Origin: Callorhinchus milii | Taxonomy: Eukaryota | Assembly: GCF_018977255.1 (NCBI RefSeq) | Contig: NW_024704742.1 | Location: forward strand, 29,576,001-29,640,000 | DNA length: 64,000 nucleotides | Direction of reading: 5' to 3' | Made by a program: the position numbers and the translations under genes | Shown here: piece by piece, positions 1 to 12,539 of the stretch | Layout of the letters: every line of letters begins with the position of its first letter | Numbering within the stretch: the stretch's first letter is position 1 | The notes under the pieces: generated by a model | What the model saw: the letters and a program-made list of their open reading frames with translations, nothing else | What the model was told of the DNA's origin: nothing | Database searches by the model: none

Positions 1-14
1 CACTGTTCTTCTGA

Positions 15-186
15 ATAATAATGTGGTCAGCAACTGTTTGTGGGACACTGCTGTGCGCGGTTGGCTGCCATGTTTCGCCCACAAAATATTCAGTCAATTC
101 ACTTTACAGTATATTCTGGGAAGCGCTTTGAGACATCTCGAAGACGTGATAAGGCCCTATATCAAATGCAAGGATTATCATCATTA
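15..186 (+). mobile_element. Abundant tRNA-derived SINE, 3' part
   Basis: ctgtttgtgggacactgctgtgcgc...tatatcaaatgcaaggatta(tca)n. Confidence 0.85.
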
Positions 187-187
187 C

Positions 188-352
188 CGTGCCAGCCCAG
201 ACTGGTGCTCTGGTCCTACTGAGAATGGAATCCTTCCTAAAGGTTGAATCCACGAAGCCGGAGACCACGCACACTGTGGCACAAACTATCTGCAGGATTC
301 CCAGGACAAACATGCCTCGCTGATTAAAGATGAAATATCTGTAACGGTCCAT
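188..352 (-). CDS. First coding exon of an uncharacterised CD20/MS4A-like multi-pass membrane protein (gene continues off the left edge)
   Basis: ATG 352-350 opens [55 protein letters not shown] (55 codons), ending at phase-0 donor ACG|gtaatg. Upstream acceptor ttttttgctttcaacttccag (exon starts 395), with an in-frame TAG 39 nt before the ATG. The LGxLQI...P[VF]WAG pattern resembles TM1-TM2 of CD20-like proteins. Confidence 0.7.
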
Positions 353-439
353 CGAACGAAGATGTGGAAAGCAATTCACCGGCACAATCTAATATCTGGA
401 AGTTGAAAGCAAAAAAAGCAGTAAACATATGGTCATATT

Positions 440-630
440 ACCAGCCTACATACAGCTCCCCTGCTCAGCTGACTCCAGTCTCCTGCCTTCCTCGTCCCCT
501 TTGCTCCACCTTGCACGGCTGTGCTTTCAGCCACGATACCTCAAAACTACGGAACTCTCTTCCCCAGTCCCTCTGTCTTGCCTCCTCCTTCCCCATCTTC
601 AGGTCACACCCGAAGTCCTTTTGTGATCCA
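440..630 (+). mobile_element. L2 3' fragment
   Basis: gctttcagccacgatacctcaaaactacggaactctcttccccagtccctc matches the 3' region of other L2 copies in the window. Confidence 0.6.
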
Positions 631-1391
631 GTCCTCCTGATACTTGCTCCAGTATCAGGGCTCTCAGAGCATATTCACCACATCGCACATGCACGCTTCC
701 TGCGATTCTGATGGACTTGATCAAAACAATTCTAAAATGAAGTCCTTTAAAAATGAATTGTTATCTGAAGAAGTCCATTGTGGGTTTCTAGAGGGAAGTA
801 GACAGAGGATAGGGCAGTGCAGTGGGCTTGAAATGAACACACTGTGCTGGAAGCCAGTGCAGACTTAATGGCTTCTTTCTCTGTTGTAAATTTCTATGAT
901 TTTATCTGTCAGATGTGAAATTGGAAAACAAAAAATGCAATATCTGATAAGTAAGGAGTGATACAAACTTTTGAAGTGCCCAGGGCTGATAGTTGCAGTT
1001 ACATAAAGTAGCTTGAATGAGTAGAATGCATGCTAGTATCTATATTGCTCCATGCTATTAGGCAAACATTAATGAACAAGGGCAGTCCCAAATCTTTTCT
1101 TCCACTGAAATGATATCTTTGGTGCTACTTCCTTTTCCTGTAGGCTATATTTCAGTGAATAAACACAGCCCATTTTCAGTTACTCCACGTTCTAGACACA
1201 GGCAATGGGATAGATCAAACCATAATAAATTACATATCCATTTGGAAAAGCAAGAGTTTACAGTAATAACCAATTCGCCTTTTCCACAACAGACTTTGCT
1301 TAATATTGAAAGGGGAGTTAGTTATCCATCATTATGATGATTTAGTTTGGGTTTTCCTTTGTGTCTGACTATTTCTGCTAACTGCTAACTG

Positions 1392-3060
1392 TGAGGCGAT
1401 GCTGGACTTCCTCGAATCCAAAGTTGAGGGGATCCGCTCAGCTGCCTCTGCCCTTCCATCGACTACCCCCTACCCATCTTCCCCTGGCTCCTACCCATCC
1501 ATCCCTCCTCTCTCACCACCACTATAAGCCGCATGAAACCGACCACCTGCACCCTCGACCCCATTCCTACCGCTCTCCTTACCTCCCAGCTCCACCTCCT
1601 TGCCCCTCTATTCACAGACATCATAAACGTCTCTCTGTCCACCTGTACCGTTTCCACCCCTTTAAAAATGGCCGTCATCACTCCTATCCTTAAAAAACCC
1701 TCCCTGGATCCATTCCTGCTCTGAAACTATCACCCCATCCCCAACCTCCCTTTCCTCTCCAAGGTCCTGGAATGAGTCATTGCTTCTCAGCTCCTTCCTC
1801 TGCCGCCAATCCCTTCATGAACCCCTCCAATCGGGATTCCGTGCTGTGCACAGCACAGAAACAGCTTTGGTCAAAGTGACAAATGGCATTCTGTCCATCT
1901 GCGACCAGGGCTCCCTCTGCCTCCTCATTCTCCCTGACCTCTCTGCTGCTTTCGACACCGTTGACCACTCTATTCTCATCCACCACCTCTCCTCTCACCT
2001 CAACCTTCACGGCTCTGTCCTTGATTGCTTCAGATCGTACCTCTCACACCACCTCCACTTCGTCTCCACAAACGATTTCGACTCTAGCCCCCGCACCGTC
2101 TTGTGTGGTGTTCCCTTGATCCCCTCCTCTTTAATATCTATATGCTCCATCTTGGTGACATCATCCGCAGACTTGGGGTCAACTTCCACATGTATGCAGT
2201 TGACACTCATCTGGTCCTCTCTGCCTCCACCTTTGACTCCAGGACCACTGCTGGCCTGACTGAATGTCTGTCAGACATCAAGTCCCCGATGAGAGCTAAC
2301 TTTCTTCAGTTGAACATCAACAAGACCGAAGCTCTCCTGATTGACTCCCGTCAGCGCCTCCACACCTCAGGTGCTGACAGCATCATCATCCATGGTTGCA
2401 CACTCCACCTTACTAAGCCAGTCCGGAATCTTGGCGTCTTGTTTGACCCTCAACTATCCTTTCTACCCCAAATCCGTGCCATGATCCTCTTTGCCTTACC
2501 CCACCTCCTCAACATGGCCCTACTCCGCCACTGTCTAACACCTCAGGCTGCCGAAACCCTCATCCGCACATTCATAACATCGAGGCTTGACTATGCAAAC
2601 CTCAGCCCGTGTATTCTCCCCCACGAGGCTCTGCGACCCTATAACCCCCATCCTCACCCAACTCCACTGGCTTCCCATCACACAGAGGATACAGTTCAAG
2701 ATCCTGGTCCTCACTTTCAAAGCCCTCGCTCCCCCTTCCTCTGTGACCTTCTAATCCCCTACCATCCTGCCCACTTCCTCCGCTCAGCAGGCCCTCTTTG
2801 CCCACCCCACTATTGGCGGCCGGGCCTTCTGCCATCTGCCCCACCTTCTGGAACTCCATCTCGCAGTTCCTGAACTCGCCCCTTCCCTTGCTACCTTCAA
2901 GAACCATCTCAAGACCCTCCTCTTTGACCGTGCTTTCGATCATCCTGTTTCCCCCCTGACCTCCACCATCCCCAATCCCGACCCCCAGCTCGTGTCCAAA
3001 ACACTGAATTTCCAGCGCCTTGAAACGTCCTCCCGATGTGAAAGGTGCTGTACAAATTCA
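1392..3060 (+). mobile_element. 5'-truncated, decayed L2-clade LINE (RT region plus 3' tail)
   Basis: Frameshifted RT motifs LQSGFRAVHSTETAL, DLSAAFDTVDH, FHMYA(V)DT, NFLQLNINKTE; tail acgtcctcccgatgtgaaaggtgct. Confidence 0.9.
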
Positions 3061-4559
3061 CTTGCAAAGCATTCTAAAAAAGAAGTCCATTAAGTTTGAA
3101 ATGCAGTCCAATCGATTTTTGTAGCAATAACTAAACTATGCAAACTATAACTAAGCTATGCAGTGAGTCCATTTATCAAGCAGTGTACTGAGAATACATA
3201 TAGAATGGAATATAATTTCCCCTACATTTATAGAATATTGTTATATTCATAGAGATGTTTATTGATTTTACTGGACCCATATTTACACTGCTGGTTGATG
3301 GGTTGAATCCGGATTGTTCTATGTAAATGTCCAGCATTTGGAAATTAAGATTTTTTTTCAAAGAAAGTCATTGATAAAGTACTTATAATACAGATTGTAA
3401 CTTTTCGGTACAATTGCTGGTCTACTAAAATTCTGAATCAAAGGACTAATTAAATTCAAATCCTACTGACAACATATTGCCAAGGAGTTATTAAATGTAA
3501 ATAGCCTGCAAACTGAGGGTAAACATGTACTTCTGCTCACCTTCAGTGGTCCTTTTCGTGTTAAAAATCCTGACATTGGGGACAGTATTTAAAATAATAA
3601 TAATCCTTGCATTTGATACAACACCTCATCACATCGTTGAGACATCTCAAACTGCTTCACAGAATATATTGTAAACTGGATTGACTGTGTATTTTATGGG
3701 CGAAGTGCTTCACGATACAATGTACATAAATATTTATATTGCACCTTTTATGTTCGGAGGGCATCTCAAGGTTCTGGACAGTGCAAGGTTTACACCTGAG
3801 CTAGATTGGGGGAGGGTGGGAAGGAAGGGAAAAATGGTTGAAAGCACGGTCAAAGAGTCAGGGCTTGATTCAGATCTTGAAGGGGGTGATTTTTTAAATT
3901 ATCAATTCACAAGTATCAATAAAGAAAACTTACATTTGGTATAGTCCTTTTCACACCAAATAGATGTTTCAAAGTGCTTCACAGGATTCACAGTGAAGCT
4001 TAGTGACGTGAAATGAAGCTTGGGGCAGGAACACATTACCCACATCAGCTTTCAGCAATAACGGCAACAGCAACTTGCATTTAAATAGCATTCCTCCCCA
4101 CGCAGGGTAGCGTACCAGAGCACTTGATAGTGGCAGAGCACAATGCCAAGCCTGGGGCGGTGGGGGTCAGAGGTGACCGCTGGCATAGTCAAAGGGGAAG
4201 GTCTTCAGGAGTGACCTGAAGATGGGAAAGCAGGCGACAAGGCAAAGGGATATTGGAAGAGTTTCAGGGCGTAACGGCTGAAACTGCGGCCACCGATGGT
4301 AGAATGGAGGGCACGAGGACAAGCAGGAGATAAGGGGACGAGCGGGTCAAACAGAGGCAGGAGCTGAGCTTTCAGCTTCAGCAACACAAGAGGCATAGAC
4401 AGCCCAAGAAAGTTGGTAACGTGGATGAGACCAGGACTTGTTTCTCTTCTAGGCCTGGCCAAAAACCATCCCTTCCCTCCAGCCACAACCAATTCCAGAT
4501 GAGCCTCTGGATGCAGGATACACACTCACTCACACACACATACACTCACTCACACCCAC

Positions 4560-5190
4560 ACACACACACCTGCAATAAAGGGAAACCTGTCCCGAAGCGA
4601 ACTGCAATATCTCTCTGGGCGTCTGTTCCTTCAGCTACACCTACACCACAGCCATCATCAAACAAACCACTGCCCCCCCCACCATCAGCAGGTCTCAGCG
4701 CCTCCCCCTCCACCCACAGCAACAGGTGATCACGCTTAAAAGCATTGGTGGGTGGGGGGGCATCGTTTTATGTTTACAGCAGGTACGACAACAGTGGAAA
4801 GGGGAATAAAAACTCACACACACCTTGCCTGTTCGTGCAGCGAAAGCAGCCGAAGGACTCGCCACGAAACACTGGAGAGGAGGAGAGCAGAGCCTCCAGC
4901 TTCCTGCACCAACAGGTGCAACAGGCTGAGCAGCTGTAAACCCCCCACCCCCACCTCCTGCTCCACTACTGCTCCACCTCCAACAGGTTTCTGTTAACCA
5001 TTACACTTGTTGCAATACTTCACAAGCTGCCTCATGTTACTGCGCTTTGTCTGTCTGTCTGTGGGTGAAACTTTGCCGCATCTCGATTCACCTGATCAGC
5101 TTCAAAAGGAGCAATGTGCTATCCCGCCTGCAGCAGTGATCTTTGAAATGCACAGGTTTCCCTCGAGTCCCACCTGTTGTGGTTAATTCA
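4560..5190. promoter_or_regulatory. Candidate promoter/enhancer with clustered CAACAGGT / E-box motifs
   Basis: Unique, relatively CpG-rich sequence with GCAACAGGTG (4719), CCAACAGGTG (4909), GCAACAGGCT (4918), CCAACAGGTT (4980) and reverse ACAACAGGTG (5171-5180). Confidence 0.4.
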
Positions 5191-5399
5191 CGACCCAGAA
5201 CTGATTTTTTTAAAAAAAAGTTAAGAAAAAATATCTTGGCAACCCGTTAAAATTAAAAATGAATTAAACGTTTCGCCCACAAAATATACGGTCAATTCAC
5301 TTTACAGTATATTCTGTGGAGCACTTTGAGACGTGTCGACGACGTGATAAGGCGCTATATCAAATGCAAGGATTATTGTTATTATAATAATCCTTGAAG

Positions 5400-5800
5400 T
5401 TAGTATAGTAGCTTCCATGTCGGGAGGATATCCCAAAGTGCTACACGAGATTTAGTGTGAAGTGGCACATTTATTTGGAAAACGCAGCAGTCAATTCGCA
5501 CACAGCCAAGGAGTGAGGGACCAATTTTATTTAGGGGATTGTTGGCCAGGACACCAGGAGAAACTCCCTGCTCTTTTTTAAATAGTGCCATGGGATCTTT
5601 AACGTCCATCTGAACAGGCAGATGTGAACTCAGTTTAATGTCTCAAGCGAAGGACATCTTCAACAATGCAACACACGCCCTCAACCCTAAATTGGAGTAT
5701 CAACTTAGATTATTTGAGTTCAAGTCGCGATGTGAGGATTAAACCCACAACCTTCTAACCCAGAAGCGAGAGTGCTGCTGCTGAGCAAGGCTGACACCTA
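5400..5800 (-). mobile_element. Deu-domain SINE (SacSINE1-like)
   Basis: rc contains gatggacgttaaagatcccatggcactatt...ggagtttctcctggtgtcctggccaa (Deu core) and a tRNA-like head tgtcagccttgctcagc. Confidence 0.75.
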
Positions 5801-6757
5801 TGTATCCCAGATCAAATACAACTTTTGTCTAAGGTAGTTGAGAGTTTGTTCTACACATCCTTGATTCTATTGGGAGGCAAAATTCCCTCAACACAGCCTT
5901 GCCACTGTGAATGCAACACTTCCCCCATACTGCACATCGTTTTCACGATGTGAATATAGTATAATCATAGATTGCCGCCGATTAAGACACTATTTGTACA
6001 AATGCAAAACACATCTTTGTCTCATCATTTAAAAATTCTTATTATGTTCTTTAATCTTTTTCTCAATGAAAATAAGTTCCACAGTTAGCCCATCAAGCGT
6101 AAATCTCAATATCCCCAAATCATACTTACTGCTCTCCTCTGAACCCTCTCCAGCACTTCAGGGTACAAAATTTGTTCTCCACCAATGTCAACGAACTTCT
6201 CTTGTACATTGTGTTGTATCGTTAGTCACCAATAATGCCACTTTTCCACCAAACGTTACAGGTGTATTCTTTATATACAGTATAACTCCATAAACACACA
6301 GAGCTCCATTTTAAAAAAAATTGGTCATTCAATCCACGACTGTTTGCGGAACATTGCTGTATGCAATTGCCTGCCGCGATTCACTCACAAAATACACTGT
6401 CAATCCACTTTACAACATATTCTGTGAAGTGTTTTGAGACTCCCAACGACACAATAAGGCGCTATATCAAATGCAAGTTTGATTACTATTATTATTATTT
6501 CATCTGGGCTCATCCTTGCATTAGAGGGATCTACAAATAGTGACAATATTACCATTAATGGCAACATTGTCATCTGTGGATACCACTAATTCAGAACTTT
6601 TATTGTTGTGTTCCTTGCGTTAGTATAAACACTTGTCTCAGTTGCTAGCAATCTTGCTTCTAGGTGAAAAGCTGTGGTTCAAGTTCTATGTCAAAATTTC
6701 TGCTCAGAGTCCAGGCTGACATTTCAGCGAACGTTGGAGGGATGCTGAATAGTCAAA

Positions 6758-7072
6758 AGTCCTGTAGCTCAGTGGTTAGAGCACTCGCCTCACAAGCGAG
6801 AGACCCGGGTTTGATTCCCGGCAGGGCGAAACTTTGTGCAAGTTTCCTTACTCCACACGCCTGATAATAATCCCTCAAGAAAAAAAGAACAATAATAATT
6901 TGGTCACTTCAATCCACGACTGTTTGTGGGATACTACTGTGCGCAATTGGCTGCCGTGTTTCGCCCACAAAAATGCAGTCAATTCACTTTACAGTATATT
7001 TTGTGAAGCATTTTGAGACGTTTAGAAGACGTGAAAAACGCTATATCAAATTCAAGGATTATTATTATTATT
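6758..7072 (+). mobile_element. Full-length tRNA-derived SINE (short form)
   Basis: tRNA-like head gtcctgtagctcagtggttagagcactcgcc with B-box-like ggtttgattcc; (TTA)n tail. Confidence 0.9.
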
Positions 7073-8729
7073 AGAAGTGTTATCCTTTGGATGAGATATT
7101 AAGCCAAGTTTCTGTCTGCTTGTTTAGGTGGATGTTAAAGATCTATTTGAAAAGAGAAACGAGTTTCTCTCAGTAACCTGGCCAACGATTCATCAAAATA
7201 ATTTAATTATTCACCTCCTGGATGTTTGTGGGACACGACTCTGTGCAAATTGGCTGCCACATATCTTCACAAATACAGTCACTGCATTCAACATTAATTA
7301 CCGTAAAGTGATTTGGAGTGATCCACCATTATAGGCAATATACTAAATGTGTGGATTGCTATTTTATAAATTGATCGTTTACCTCATGGCTGTTTGTAGG
7401 ACATTGAAATGCACAACTTGGCTCCTGCATTTTGCCTGCAAATATAATCACTATATTTTTAGCAATTCCCTGTGAAATGCTTAAAGATTTTCAGTGTTAT
7501 AGATGCTATATCAAATGCAAGGATTATTTTTATTCACAGTATTATTATAAATGTATTTGAGTACATCCTATCAATCTTGGTGGCATTTCCTTTTGGCTTC
7601 CTTCCTCTGACTCAGTTGTAAAAATCTGTAGGACTTACAATTTATTACAAGAATTACACTTAGTTCAAAGCATTTCTTGCTCACTTTGAATCAAATGCAG
7701 CAGCAACTTGCAGGTATAATATATTTTGCCATGTGCAATTGGCTCCCATGTTTCACTCACAAAATATAGAGTCAATTCACTTTACAGTATATTCTGTGAA
7801 GTGTGACGTCTCATGGATGTGATATGCGCTATATCAAATGCAAGGATTATTATTGTTATATTTCTGTGATGGGGGATAAACCCTGTCACTGTCTTTTATG
7901 GTCATTGGCGATCAACCTGCACTGTGTAAAGGAAGCTAAACAAGGGCTACTACTACGTTAACAACCAGAGAGGCTCAACAATTTCCTCGAGGCTTGACTG
8001 AGTTAGCCAGGCAGGCAGACCAGGCTGGATAGGCATGCAGGCAGGTAGGACTAATGTCCTCTATCCAGTCGGTTTATTCATTTTTTAAAAAATAACTAGA
8101 TTGCAGTCTTCACTTTTGCTGCCAGCTTTCCTTCAATAGACAACCTCTGCAAATTCCCATTGTCCATCTTGGTGGTGCTATAAAAAAATCAGTAAATTGC
8201 TTCTGATAAGATAAGGCTGTACAATAAAAGCAACAAATAGTAATTATTGTGTTTGATATAGAGCCCACAAATTCAAAACATCTCAAAGTGCTTCATAGAT
8301 AATTGCAATCCACTGTAGTGACTGAGTTTTTGTAAGCTTAATAGCTGAAAATTTTAATGTTTTTAAATCAAATGATTTTATAATCTCATACAATAATTCA
8401 TATTTCAGCAGAAAATGGTACTCTTGCAGTAGTTAATTTTGTCCGCAAGATGGCATCAATCAAACCTCACATCGCAATCAAAGCTTTTTGATGCAATCTA
8501 GTGGCAGTAATTCAGTACTACATTACGAGTATAAACCAAAGGATTTTACTTGTCACTGTTTTATTCCGTTTTCAAATTGTAAACATGGTTTAGATATCTT
8601 ATAACATTTACAGAGTTGTTTAATTCTATTCAGCCTCAAATTGAAAATACCAACAAGAAAATATAGTTATAATATGATAATACGTTAAAGTAGGCATTTA
8701 TTGCCATTTGTTATTAGAGTACACTGTAT

Positions 8730-9125
8730 AATAATAATACTTGTCTTTGATATGGCGCCTTATGTCATTCAGTCGTCTCAAAGAGCTTCACAGGATATAC
8801 TGTAAAGTGGATTTACTATGTATTTTGTGAGCAAAGCACGCAGCCAATTACGCACAGCAATGTCCCACAAACAGCCAGGACATTGGGAAAAACAGCATTC
8901 TCTTTTCGAATAGTGCCATGGGACCTTTAACATCCATTTAAAAGGCAAATGGGACCTCGCTTTAACAACTCATCCGAAGGATGGCACCAAGCACAATGCA
9001 ACATCGCTGCAGCACTGCATTGAAGTGTCAGCTTAGACTGTGTGATTCCAAATCCCGACGTGAAGCTTGAAACCTACAATCTTCTGATTCAGAGGTGAAA
9101 GGGCTACCATTGAATTAAATTGACA
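8730..9125 (-). mobile_element. Deu-domain SINE with 3' tail
   Basis: rc gtgccatccttcggatgagttgttaaagcgaggtccc...aaaggtcccatggcactatt. Confidence 0.7.
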
Positions 9126-9716
9126 CACTTAATTGACTTATATGCACATCTATTCCTGGTTATAAATTTCTGTGGCTTTACAGGTTGATGGCTGTGATAT
9201 TATTGCCCATATCAGATGGATAAAGATCTGTGTGAGAAAAATGGAAAATCAAGCTTCCTCCTACCTGATTGGTCCCTTTGCCGTAATGTTCCTATGGCCT
9301 CCCTGTGTTTGTCTTGCAAATCCATGAACACAGATTCTAAAGGAAGGCAACACTGGTACTATATAGCCAAGTAATAAATAAATGGATGCTGTAATTTCCT
9401 AGTTTTTTTTCCCAGTTATCTTACATTGTACTGAAAACACACCAACTCTTCTCAACCATTCCACCAATGTTTCAGACTGCTTTTTCTAAAACAAGACCAG
9501 TTTGATGCCAGTTCTGTATATACAAAGTTAAACAAAATTTCCTTGTCATTTTTTCTCTCTATCCTTCCTCTCCTGAATGCATTTGACTCCTTTTTTGGAA
9601 TGGGCACCTTCTGGGATCCCCATCATTATTTACATGTAAGCCTGGTCAGTGAGTGTAAACAAGCTATTGAGGCTAGTGCAAAAGAAACACATATTTTGCC
9701 TGTGATGTGATTCCAG

Positions 9717-10070
9717 GTGTCAGCCTGGTTCAGTTGGTTGCACTCTTACCTTTGAGTAAGATGGTTGTGGGTTCAAACCCCAAAGTCAGGACTTTCAACT
9801 CACATCTCTAATACACTCTAATACAGTCCGGGTGGTGTGCTCAACTCTCAGGATATCAGATGAAATATTAAACTGATGCCCTAACCTACCTGTTCAGGTG
9901 GGTGTTAAAGTTGCCATGACACTATTCAAAAAGGGAAGGGAGATTCTCCCGATGTTCTGGCCAACAATCTCCCAAATAAACTTGGCCATTCACTTCATGA
10001 ATTGTGGGATATTGATGTGCACAAATAGGCTGCCATGTTTGCTGACAAATGCACAGTCAATGCATTTTGT
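9717..10070 (+). mobile_element. Deu-domain SINE
   Basis: tgtcagcctggttcagttggttgcactct...ctgttcaggtgggtgttaaagttgccatgacactatt. Confidence 0.7.
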
Positions 10071-11389
10071 CTATCAGGGAGAAATACCACCTGGGTCCAA
10101 ATTCACTTGTAGACCTATGAATTTCCAGCATTTTCTGTTTTACATACTGTTTTCTTAACATTTTGAAGCCTCCAGCAGAATTTGTCAATTTTATAAAAAC
10201 ACTCTTAATTTTGAGAACTACAAAAATGTTTCAAAAGTAAAACTGAATTCAACAATTTGTGAAATTTTGCACTCTCGGTAGTGCTAAGAAGATACAGTAA
10301 ATGTAGACCCATATGAACCCCCCCACTAACACACTTTTGAATTGCTTAATCTGTATCATTGGAACCTTTTTTCAGGAATTAAGAGTGCTCGATTTTCAGG
10401 AATTATTTTCTTTCTGAATAGTGAACATGAAGATATGGATCAAGTGCTGGGGGTAAATGGTTTTCAAAGCGTGGAATGAAGCTGCATGCTTTTGATGAAG
10501 AACAATCAATAGTGTAGTTTCTGTGCAACTTTAAAGGCAACAAAAGGAGCTTTCACTTCTTGGATCAGGATTGCAGCCAAAGTTAAAGAACTTATGGAGT
10601 ACTCATTGATTAGAACCATAGAAGCAATAGGAATTTACAGCACAGAAGAAGACCCATTCAGTCTATTGAGTATGTGCTGGCTCTTTGAAACAGCTATCCA
10701 TTCGGTCCCATTTACCTAGTTTTCCCCATACTCTGCAATTACTCCTTTATATATAATATAGTTCCCTGTAGAAAATTGTTTCTAATTTTGTTTTGCTATT
10801 TGTTTAATGCACCCCCTTCCTCATACCTGACTTTGCATTATACAGGGTGACACAGTTGTGAACCATTACAATGGTAATAAGCCTTAAAGAAATTAGTTTT
10901 TTTTAGATAATACGGTAGCTGACAAATAAGACTTTTTGCTCACCCTGTACAACAGCTGACCTTGTGTTGATGTTTTTTTGATCAGCCGGTGTTTGACACA
11001 TGCGGAAAACCATCGCGATGCTTAAGAGTATTAAGCTTTGGTTTGCAGGGTTAATAGGAGCCAAGCGGAAAGAATCCACGCTCCCATTGTGTTATTGTTC
11101 GCCCACAAATATACAGTCAATTCACTTTACAGTGTGTTCTGTGAAGCGCTTTGGGACGTCCTCCCGACGTGAAAAGCGCTATATCAAATGCAAGGATTAT
11201 AGGATTATTATTATTGTAAATTTATTTACTTTCAATTTGGAGATTTCACACATTTGGATAGGGTTTGCCCACTTTTAGTTTTGTCAACCTGGAGCTTCAT
11301 TTTTTCCACAAAATCATATAAACAACACCTCCAGTGCAAAACACATTATGAAAATCTCCATCTTTACAGCAAAGATGGTACATCTTTAC

Positions 11390-11746
11390 ATCATCCTTGC
11401 ATTTGATTTGGCACCCCTTAAAGTCATTCAGATGTCTCAAAGCACTTCAGAGTAGATTGTAAAGTGGATTGACTGTGTATTTTATGGGCATAACAGGGCA
11501 GCCAGTTGCACACAGCAGTGTCCCACAAACAGTTGTTGAGTGACCATATTCTTCTGGGGTGGGGTAGGGGGATTAATATCCTGGAAAGTGATCTACCAAT
11601 CGACTAACAACCGTTACTACATACTGCAAGGTAAACAGAGGCACGTGGAGTAAGGAAACTTGCCTAAGATTTCATGCGGCCCGGGAATACAACCTTGACC
11701 CTCTCACTTGTGAGACAAACACACTAACCACTACGCTACTGGGCTC
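11390..11746 (-). mobile_element. Full-length tRNA-derived SINE (long form)
   Basis: Reverse complement of the same consensus. Confidence 0.8.
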
Positions 11747-12539
11747 CTTTGACTAAGTCTCCCCCACCTTCCCCTCTTCCACACAAAGTGCTCGCTGAAA
11801 TGGCAGAGCATCTTCTCACCCCTCTAGCTGCCAACATGAGTCCACACTGGCAGAAAACTGCTTGGGCACCAAATTAATTTCTCCATTCCCCATTGGAGTA
11901 GGCCAACACCACACATTTGTTGCAGCCCAGCAGTGGCACAGATCACAGACTCTTCCATTGCTGCTCTGTATTCAGCTCCTGAGGTACACGAGCAGACATG
12001 TCCCTCTGAGGTCACTTGACCTCTACTTTGCACCTCTACCCAGGAGATGAAGCAGAAATTGGAAGTCACAGTGTGCCCAGGGTGATGCTTGATCCAATGA
12101 TCTGCACATATCTGGCCCCTTCTACATCCTCTGATGTGATCCTCTTTTCATTCTCAAGAGCCACTAGTACCCCACTACTTTGCCACGCTTCATGGAGGAG
12201 GCCACACAATGATTATTGGCAGTGTATTCAACCATAGGCACACACACCACACAGGTACACACACCAAAAGAGTCAGTGGAGAGTGAAGAGGAGTGTGAAT
12301 CCATGTCAATGTTCTCTTCCCTGGCCCATGAACATGGAGGGCAATTATAAGCACCCAACTCTGCTGTCATGGCTAAGATCAGTTAACTTCGGAGTCCTGT
12401 ACCATACCATGCAGTGTACTTATCCATTTAGCCACTGAGGGAACTCCAAAATATTTGTAATACATAATTGCTAAACTAAATTTGTATCTCAGGAATACAA
12501 CATTAACAAAGTCAGGGAAAATGGGAAATAAACAGTCCA

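Noticed and set aside
23..247. Recurrent short ORFs such as [17 protein letters not shown] / KRYIKCKDY
   Set aside because: Translations of the same SINE consensus, not a protein family.
6758..6830. tRNA-like sequences (also 24476, 57692 and others)
   Set aside because: They are SINE heads continuing directly into SINE body and tail, not standalone tRNA genes.
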